64,000 nt of DNA from positions 102,362,001-102,426,000 of the forward strand of contig OZ024740.1 in assembly GCA_964016885.1 (NCBI GenBank). Direction: 5' to 3'. The notes below the pieces were generated by a model, which saw only the letters and a program-made list of their open reading frames with translations, made no database searches and was not told the origin of the DNA. Both the position numbers and the translations under genes were made by a program. The stretch is from Eledone cirrhosa (lineage: Eukaryota). This document shows positions 52,443 to 64,000 of this stretch, one piece after another (position 1 is the first letter of the stretch; each line of letters opens with the position of its first letter).

Positions 52443-54062
52443 CAAAATAATAAAAGGAAAACATTAAATAGTAAAACGATACTCCACAATGAAGATACAC
52501 CACCATCAGAAGATAGACTGTAAAATAAAAGAAATAGAAATATAGACGAGAATAAGATTAGGAAAAAGTTGGGGGAGGGGTGCGAAAAAGCATGTGTGTG
52601 TTCAGTTAGCCAGACTTAAGTAAGTGATCAGATGTAACATGGAACTGGAAAAATAACACTGATATTCATTTCTGAGACAATTTCAATAAGATATGTATAT
52701 CGGTTCACTTTATATCAGTTAATTGCTCAATTTTATTAAACATAGAGCTATCAAAATAGCATTTATTTCCTCGTGTTTCTTTATGTCTTTTTGTAAGTGC
52801 CATCATGCTTCTTAATTATATTCATTCCTTTCTCATTACAACATTAACCCCTTTATAACTTTATTTCTAATGAAATACACTCTATTTCACTCAATTAATG
52901 GAGTATTTTGAGGCATTTCCTAAGTTATTAACATATGTTTCTTGCATAAAATTATGTTGAAGCTGGTTTTTGCCATGTTGGTATCAAAAGGTTTAATGAA
53001 AAATTTTAAATGGATTAATGAAAATTATTAATTATTTCATTATATGAAGACAGTAACTTAATCTATGGTTCTTGGTTGGGTTGATAACCAAAGGATTAAA
53101 TTGCTAATCTCTTAATGTACAAAAGATATCAAAGAGCATAAAAATTGAACCCCTATCAAACAACCCTTGTTTGGGCTACAGTTCTCTGGTACAAAATGCA
53201 CAAGCAAAGATATTTAGAGGAAGCACGTTTGATATGTTGACAGCAATGTCTTTGCTCCTTCTTATATCAAATGGTAACTCATTACTCCAGTGTTACATGA
53301 TATTCAACTGATAATTTTGTTTTACAATTAATATGCATATTTAGGTTATATTGGTGGAATTTGTCAGTTGGTTGAGATGTTTAAAAGAAATATTTAGAGA
53401 ATGTTACTATTATTATCATTATTACATTTTTATTAGCCCTTGTGGGCAATAAAAAAATTATTACTTTTTTATATCATCATGATTATCATTATATTATTAT
53501 GTTTTTCTTTGCTTTTGTTTGTATGAAATGCCCCCAAGTCTCACCCAGAAATAACAAAAGACAGAAAGCTCTCAGTGTTATGAGGTGGTACACCATATAG
53601 TTGTAGGATTTGATAAAATATTCCAAAAGTTTCACTTAACAACCTCTGAGTGTGTCTATATATTTGGGTGCATATATATTTGTATGCATAATTTTTGTGC
53701 ATACATTGAAAGAAACTTGTGCACAATGTGTGAAGTACCCATGAGAAATATTTTTTGCAACTCAGTGGTTTTAGGCTAGCCAGGAATTTGAGCTGTATTA
53801 TAATTTGCACCAATGGATATCAAACTTAGTACCCCCAATGACTACAAGTAATATAATCACATTGAGATTTCAGATCCTGTTAAATTCTATTTCAAGGGCT
53901 TTTTATTTACTGACTTTCTCAAATCATTTTAGGGAGCTGCTTTTGTCAGCTGTGGTCATCACATCTATCTCATGTGCTGTCCTGTGTCGTTTTTAATGTT
54001 TTCTGAATGCAAGACCTGTGTGTCTAATAAATAAATTATTATTATTATTATTATTATTATTA

Positions 54063-54865
54063 CAGTTGCATTTATCTTGCTTTATGTTCATACGAGTTAT
54101 CACCAAGTCACAACCAGTGACCTCAAGAGACAACAAGGTCCGCCATGTTCAAGAAAGAACATACATACACACACATGCATCTTTAGGTGTTTAGCCTTGT
54201 GATGTACTTATATTGACAGAATCTTCCTTAATATATGGGCAGTTCCCATTAGTACTATCTTTTGTATTTCTCCTATACGCGGGTTTCCTGGGATTTGCGA
54301 TAAGTAATCATTAGACCCCTTAGATATCACTCCTAGTGCGCCTACAACTACTGGTATTGTTTTAGTTCTCAATTTCCACATTTTTCCAATTTCTATCTCC
54401 AGGTCCTTATACTTGCTCAATTTTTCAAATGTTTTTATAGATACATTCTTGTCTATTGGAACGGACATATCAATTAGCAGGCATACCCTCTTTTTAAAGA
54501 CATTCAGTATTATATCAGGTCTATTTGCCTCTATTTTTCGGTCTGTTTGGATGTTAAAGTTCCACAAGATTGAGATGTGATCTTTTTCAAGTATGGGAGG
54601 TGGTTGATGCTCCCACCAATTCTTTTGATGGGGCAGGTCAAAATGCTTACACATTATCCAATGTATGTATTGTGCAGCTCTGTCATGCCTGTTTAGGTAT
54701 TCGGTTAGAACTATAGGACTGCACATTGAAATTATATGATCAATGGTCTCTGGTTGTTTTTTACATACACGGCATAATGGGTTGCATCCATTTTTTATTA
54801 TGTTGGGTTGGTAATTTTTTGTTGGCAGACACTGATCTTGTGCTGATATAATCAGTCCTTCAGTC
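54063..54865 (-). mobile_element. 5'-truncated R4/Dong-like retroelement (CCHC knuckle plus restriction-like endonuclease) ending in (TAA)n
   Basis: Open frame TEGLIISAQDQ...CRVCKKQPETIDHIISMC...RHD...NRPDI...LIDMSVP...EKLSKYKDL...VVGALG; (TAA)n at 54034-54062. Confidence 0.88.
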
Positions 54866-55849
54866 TATAGTAAATATAGTATAGATGCTATGTGGTTAAA
54901 TGGTGGCTGTTGGAGCATAGAACACAATACCTGCAGTATTATTTCCAGCTCTCAATGCTTTGAGTTCAAATTTCACCAAGGTCAACTTTGCCTTTCATCC
55001 TTTCAGGTTACAATACAATAAAGTACCAGTCTAGAGTAATGAGTTAGCAAAATTGTTAGTCAGATAATATGCCTTGCAGTATTTATTTTGACTCTTTCTG
55101 TTCTGTGTTCAAATTCTACCGAGGCCCTGAGTTCAAATTCCGCTGAGGTGATAGACAAATCCTGTTGTGGCCCACATAGACGGAATATTCTGTTACCCAA
55201 TTTAACTCTACAACTTACTTTTTAGATGCTTTTAGCAGAGTCCATTCTTTAGCAAGCATTCACTTAATATCTCCAATTTGAGAATTCTCACCCCGCTTCC
55301 ACAAATCCTGGATGCTCTAAAATGGGTTACAGGTGCTGCCTTTCCCTCCCTGACTAAACATTAAAATGTGTTTTAAGCATAGAATTTTGTAGTCAAGAGA
55401 AAGGATATTTCAGTGTAGGGTTGATATTCAAAACCTGCCACTTGAAATAACTCATTTAAATCTTACAACAACTTCCTCAAACTAATTAACATTGCTACCT
55501 GAAGCATATATTCCTTGGTAAAGATAAATGTGGATAAGCACCAGTTAACATCCTGTTAAAGTGTGTTTTTTAGATAGGCTTTACTTCTTTAACAGCACTT
55601 TTTTTACTCTAAGGCCTTAACTGTAATATCCTTGCACTGGGTTCTTAACCATACATATACATAGTTCTGTTTTATATTATGTTCTTAACTTACCTCTATC
55701 CTTTTATAAACTATTAAATACCATGTTCTTAGAAATGCTGTTCTTAGCAATACTGACACCAAACTAAAATCTCTTTGATGTACCATAATTGTGTTATATA
55801 CCTCTGTTCTTCCACCTTGTCTCTTAAATCCTTAAAACACCAAATAGAC

Positions 55850-56038
55850 TATAATTGTTTCTACTTTAGGCACAAGGCCAGCAATTACCCAGTGCATTAC
55901 TGGTACTTTATTTTATCGACCCCGTAAGGATGAAAGGCAAAGTCAAGCTCGGCGGGATTTGATCTCAGATCGTAAAGGGATGTAACTATGCTGGAAAGCA
56001 TGGTGTCCAACCCTCTACCGATACTGCCAATCCACCGC
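55850..56038 (-). mobile_element. Meta-domain-like SINE with 12-bp TSD
   Basis: atagactataat at 55844-55855 and 56039-56050. Confidence 0.88.
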
Positions 56039-57509
56039 ATAGACTATAATGGTCAGTACTTAGCTCTGTTTTTCTGGCAAGGTACAGAGGAGAATGTAAG
56101 CTCACTCCTACCCCAACCTCTTGAATATAACATCAGTCTACCACAAATAAAATGTTCACAAGGAGTGGTACATATCCCCCACTCCCACCCCTGATATTGG
56201 TGAAATGAAGCAGTGTAGAATAAAATGCTATATCCCAGATTCACAACATAAAGAAATATGCCAGCAGCAGATCTGAAGTCAGAACTTATGAGCAGGTCGT
56301 CTACTACCCATCACACTTTCCATTATGTTCTCAGCTGGCATTTATACAGTTTGTTCTGAATTATGCTGTTGTTGCTATGTTGTGTTCTTCATTTGTCACC
56401 ATGCAATAAGTTGATGGACTCAACACATATCCTGTTAATATAACATTGTTCAATCATTATGTCTTTCAAAGCTCATAATACTTGAGGTTACTGTTCCTTA
56501 TAGAAATACTGTAGCCATTGAGATTTACACCCTCATCTACTCTTATATTGCAATGCAGATGCAGCCTGATCTAAAAGAAAAATGCATTATATATAATATA
56601 TATTTCTTTTACACACATACACACACATATATACACACACACGAACACATATATATACACATCAATGTAGTGCTCCAGAACAAAAACTAAAGAACATTTT
56701 TTAAACACATAAATAGGTAAAAAAGAAAATAGATCTTCATATGAAAAAGATTTATATGCTGGCATTATATATAAAACGGTTAGCAAAAAAATTGTTAGTG
56801 CTATGATTTATATCGAATAATCAATCCAAATTCCATTGCATCTAGCTTGAAGACATTTCTGTCAAAAGTTTACCAATACTATATTTATGAATATACATAT
56901 CTGTATATATACATGCACGCACACAATGATATATGAATGCATACTGAATGAAGATATGCACATAGAAAAGTATATGTATACATATATATATATATATACA
57001 TATATTAATAACTACCTTTGTTCTCTGATTCTTTCATTGTTCAACATAATATATATATATGTTGTGTATGTATATATGCATATATATATACAATTTTATG
57101 TGCGTGTATGTGTGTGTATATACACATGCTTTGTGTATACCAAGACCCTGTTATGAAAATATGAATGAATCTAATTATAGAATAGTGTGTGTTGTATACA
57201 CGGTATTTTATAATTACTCAATAAAACTAATAATGCTATATAATACATATGTTGACTCTCAGCTGAATATGCTGCATTTGGATTCACAATAATACCAAAA
57301 TACTGGTAATTCATTCCTGCACCTAGGGGATCCTTAAATTTTAATCAAACATGCCACCAAATTAGAAGTATCATCATGTGTGTCCTTTTAAAGCTGGCAT
57401 GGGTTGGACAGATTGTGGGCATATTTATATATATATCTGGAGAAATAGATGCCAAGATAGTGAAATCATCATCATCGTCGGTTAACATCCATTTTTCACC
57501 TCAGTAGCA

Positions 57510-58200
57510 CTTGAACTGCAGTCAGTCTATACAAAACATTTGACAATCCTTGTGTTCATTTCAGACAAACAATATACAGGTAGCACATCAAGTAGATTAA
57601 GAGATTTTACCCAAAATGTTTGAGATACATGTTAAGTAACAGACACTAACATCAGACACCAAGGAACTTCACTGTACTGGCTGTCTCAATATTAAGTCAC
57701 AAATCATCATCATTAGTCAAGTGATGTGTGGATGAATGATGATAAAATCCCACAACAGCTTTTTACAGCAAACTGGAAATTGGAAAGCATCTCAAAAATA
57801 AGCATAAGAAAAAGATAGAAGGAGTGCATAAAATATAGATAAATGTGAGCAATGATGTAGAGCTGGCAATAAATTGGAAGGGTTGGAGGTATTTTGTTAA
57901 GGAAGGATTTGAGAAATGGCAGGCTGAACATGCTAAGTTTGAAACATGCTTTACCTAAAAATACTATTCCAAACCAGCTTGATAATCCAAAGAGTTGGAT
58001 GTGTGGTACTTGTGAATATGTTCTATCAAAAGCAAGCTATTATTAATCACATGAAATCACACATACATTCACAGAAGCAATCTATGGATAATAATCTCTC
58101 ACTGCTACATCCACAAAATATAATTTGTGCAATGTGTAGCAAAGTGCCTCAGTCCAAGCCTTATACTGCAAAAGGTATATACACAATAATGCCATTCCAC
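57510..58200 (+). mobile_element. Old RTE C-terminal remnant with zinc-finger-like tail
   Basis: MNDDKIPQQLF.SKLEIGK.., NHMKSH, ICAMCSK. Confidence 0.55.
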
Positions 58201-60327
58201 AAATAGTTAGATATAAGCAAGTTTGCTACACCTGCCTGAGCTCTCAGAGATAGAAAAAGCTGGAAAATGTAATACAAAACACTTTATCTAAAGCTCTAAC
58301 AACTCCATCGATCTACCACCTTGGATTGGTACTTTACTTTATCCACCTCAGAATAATGAAGGGCAAAGTTGATTGACCTCAGAAGGATTTAAACTTAGAA
58401 AGAAAAGAGATGGAACAACTACAACAGAACATTTTGTTCAATGCTATAATGATTCTGCTTGAGAATCACTGATTTACTTATTAGATCTTTCTTTAAGAGT
58501 CAAATATTTGATGAGGCCATTTTGTCATTAATGCATGCCTATAAAACTAGGAAAAAAATATTTTTTTAAATCATGAATAGGAGCTGAGGATTTGCAATGG
58601 TTAAGTCTATAAGGTGTCATTCAATATCATGTTTAAAGAGTTATTAAGTCACTAGAATTAAGTTTCTTGCATTTGCATCACATATCTATTAGGGTCACAG
58701 ATTTTTTGGAATATGATTTGCTGTCAACATTCACTAATTCATTCAAGAATGAATTAGTGAATGGATGAAAAGAAATAAAAGATAAAGACAATGCTTCTAT
58801 TGGAAATAGGTAGTAATACTATTATTACCTCATCAATCATTTCACTGATTATGTTCTCTTATATAGAATGCTGCAGGAGATTTCTAGGGACTTTTAACCC
58901 TCAATTACTGCCTACGCAATGTGTGTGTATACATGTGCATATATATATGTGTGTGTTTGTGTATATCTAGCTATATATGTCTGTATCTGTGCATATATAT
59001 ATATATATGTATATATGTATATGTATATATATGCACACACACACATATGTATATATCATCATCACCACCATTTAACTTCTATTTCTATGCTTGCATGGGT
59101 TAGACAGGTTGTCACATTATGAGACAAGTTAGGTCAGGTGGCCATGTTTTGGTGATATGGAACAGTTACTGGCTTTGGTTTCTATGGCTGCATACCCTTC
59201 CTACCCCCTTGACACACACACACACAACAACAACGATTTACTGAAGGGTGAATCAGTAACAGTAGTAGATTGGAATTTATCATACATCTTGCAATATAAT
59301 ATAATTATATTTCTGTATATACATGTGTGTGTCTGTTTTTGTACATACGCACCCCATTTGATAGCTTGAAAAATTACATCATTTTTCAAAACCAGAAATA
59401 AAGATTGTTCCAGAAAGTCAACTCGCATTTTATAAATACAAAATCCTAGTTTGTGTTAGTGTCATGTGGTGGTTCAGGCATCACAGTACCCTCTAACATG
59501 AACTGCAATCATATATCCCATTATTAGTAATATTTTCACAACCCAACAAGAATTCTAAGGTCAGTTTCCCTGCTAAAGCAGGGGTTAGCTTTGTGGACTC
59601 AATGACAGGCTTCATACATATCAATGGTGTCTTTTTTGAAGTAATGTTTCACAGCCAGATGTCCTGTTAGTCACCCTATGTGAGCTGGAATGGCTCTTCC
59701 AGCACATATACCTCACAATCCTCCAGGGAAACACCCTCTCTATTCTGTCTGTCAGGGCCAGGGGGGGTAGCCAGTGCATGGGCCCCCATTTGCTCATAAT
59801 AGTGAAAGATGGAGAGACAGAAGCAGTGACAGTGGGAGTTTGGTTCCTTATATGGAACTCAATACCAAATTTCATCCAATGTTAGTCACCCCTTTAATTC
59901 AGAGGATTTGGGAACATATAAAGGAAACAATGCATATCAAAAGTACTTACTTCATATAAAATAACACCAGTCTGGAGGAATATTAGTAACAAATTTTGAC
60001 TATATATGGAAACAAACTTGTCAGTTTGTTTTTAACAATTTTTTAAAGATTTCTCGAAGAAACCAGACATAATCAGTTTTCCTTATGACTCAAAACCCAT
60101 TGACAATTTACTTTTATTTTTCTAATTCAAGTGTTTCATTTAACAACATCAGGGACAAATTACTTTGCAAAATGTAAACAAGAAAAAAATACAAACTGAC
60201 CAAAATTAGGGCATTTTTGCCAAAAATATAATAAAGCAGCATTTAGTAAGCTATATAATATAATATTGGCTGATTTTATATCATCATTTATGTAACTTAT
60301 ATTTTGCTAGTCATGGCATATGATTAA

Positions 60328-60552
60328 CCCATTTCTGACTACATTTATGAAATACACTCTATGTTAATTAATTAATGAAGAATTGTGAGGGATTTACTAA
60401 AATTATTATTTCATTACTAAGATAGTAACTTAATGTTAGGTTCTTATATAAAATTATGTTGAAAGATTTTAATTTCAATTGGAAACCTTTAAAATGGGTG
60501 GTTTTATTTCAGAGAACTTGAGCCAGTTTTGGCCGGGTTGGTAACTAAAGGG
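60328..60552. mobile_element. piggyBac-like MITE with TTAA TSD
   Basis: TTAA-CCC...GGG-TTAA; relatives at 27961, ~41340-41590 and ~52845-52995. Confidence 0.7.
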
Positions 60553-61360
60553 TTAAGAGTCACACTTTTAATAACTTCAACTATGGAATGAATTCAAATA
60601 CATATTTAATATAAAGAAACAATTCTATGAAAATCTATTAATTTATGCATAAAAAATCAGATGATATTTATAAAACATAAAATTTCCATGAGTTCCATTA
60701 TCTTATAATATAATATAATATTAGTAACTCATTTTATATAGTCATAGATGTTTAAACAAAATTTATATAGCTTTGTTTCAGATTTTTACCTGTATAATAT
60801 TTGCGATTAGAGTGATTTTGAGGCAAAGATTCTGTCATATATTTTTGAAAGAACATTCTATTAATTGTGTGTGAACCACAACTTAAAAAATATCAATAAA
60901 TAAAATGTTAGAGTTTTTTTTAATCTAAATTCAAAATTATATTAGAATTTAAATGAAACTTATGAGGAGTGTTGTTTATTATAACATGTTATGGCTTTCC
61001 TAGGAAAATAATAGGGTTTCATAAGTAACTGAATATATTAAATTTTAAAATGACCTGATAGTAAGGACGAGTATGAATGCTAGGTAAAGGTTGTTTTTTA
61101 TGAAAGAACATGCCAAAATTAATATGGTATATGTATTTGTGGTTGTTGGGATGATATACATGCCTTCTGATGAGGTCCCAAAATTGATTAAAGGTGTATA
61201 CCAGGGTTTTTTTTCTATTTACAGTGAAATTCATATTTTCTGGCATGTTTACATGCCAACATATTAGATATGTGTATATTTGCATACGCACTCTGTATTT
61301 ATATAGGTATAACTTTATCATATACTTTGGCTGCTGGTGCACTTCTCAATGTATATATAT

Positions 61361-61876
61361 ATCATCATCATCATCAACGTTTAACGTCCGTGTTCCACGC
61401 TTGCATGGGTTTGGACGGGGGTAGTCCCACTTGAGGCAAGAGTGATTGTCTTGCTCGCATAGGACTGTCTGGCAGGTTTTCTACAGTTGGATGCCCTTCC
61501 TAACACCAACCACATTTACAGTGTGGGTCTGGGAGGTTTTTACCGTGTTGCCTACACGGCCACATTACAGCGTGGACTGTGTGTTTTTTTGTCGTGACAC
61601 CTACACGATCTCATTTGTTTCGGCCCGGATGGCGCGGCACCAACATAACTTTACATAGGACGGGGTGGTGTGGATGGGGTGGGGGTGGTGGTGGTGGGAC
61701 GGGGTGTATTTTGTTAGAGATGCCTACTGGCAAGGCGGGTCTTCTCTGTTACTGAGTACCGCCAAAGGTCTCGGTCCAGTGACATTGTCTTGGAGAGGTG
61801 TAAGTGTGTGAGGTCGGAGTTTATCAGCTCGTCCCAGGTTTTTCTAGGTCTGCCGAGCTGATAAACTCCGACCTCA
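61361..61876 (-). mobile_element. RTE 3' fragment with a 23-bp fold-back at its 5' junction
   Basis: Reverse complement of the RTE ORF end and 3' UTR. Confidence 0.88.

Positions 61877-64000
<2,124 letters not shown>

Noticed and set aside
57565-57579. Possible 15-nt microexon (ttcag/ACAAACAATATACAG/gt)
   Set aside because: It falls within an old RTE remnant, with a weak donor and no other support

Overview
AT-rich eukaryotic DNA, most likely from an octopod cephalopod (inferred from the SINE and RTE-tail families). It is dominated by (TA)n/(CAT)n microsatellites and transposon remnants. One host gene is visible on the + strand: five phase-compatible GT-AG exons (25419-44258) encoding the end of one Ig domain, two complete Ig domains, a transmembrane helix and the start of a cytoplasmic tail, best matching a Kirrel/Neph/IrreC-roughest adhesion receptor. 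No upstream exons were found in the window. Mobile elements include RTE LINEs with a PHD-type finger, R4/Dong-like retroelement remnants, two tRNA-derived SINE families, two solo-LTR-like elements, a mariner remnant and several MITEs. The most notable hidden structure is a recurring set of Penelope-like (PLE) fragments inserted in (TA)n tracts. They carry type I hammerhead ribozyme (HHR) motifs with palindromic stem III, and four are fold-back palindromes (1002-1927, 30284-31295, 45727-45928, 46074-46528) whose 3' ends point outward. In that geometry any read-through transcript makes the antisense arm before the ribozyme-bearing arm. All calls are by eye; no searches or folding programs were run.
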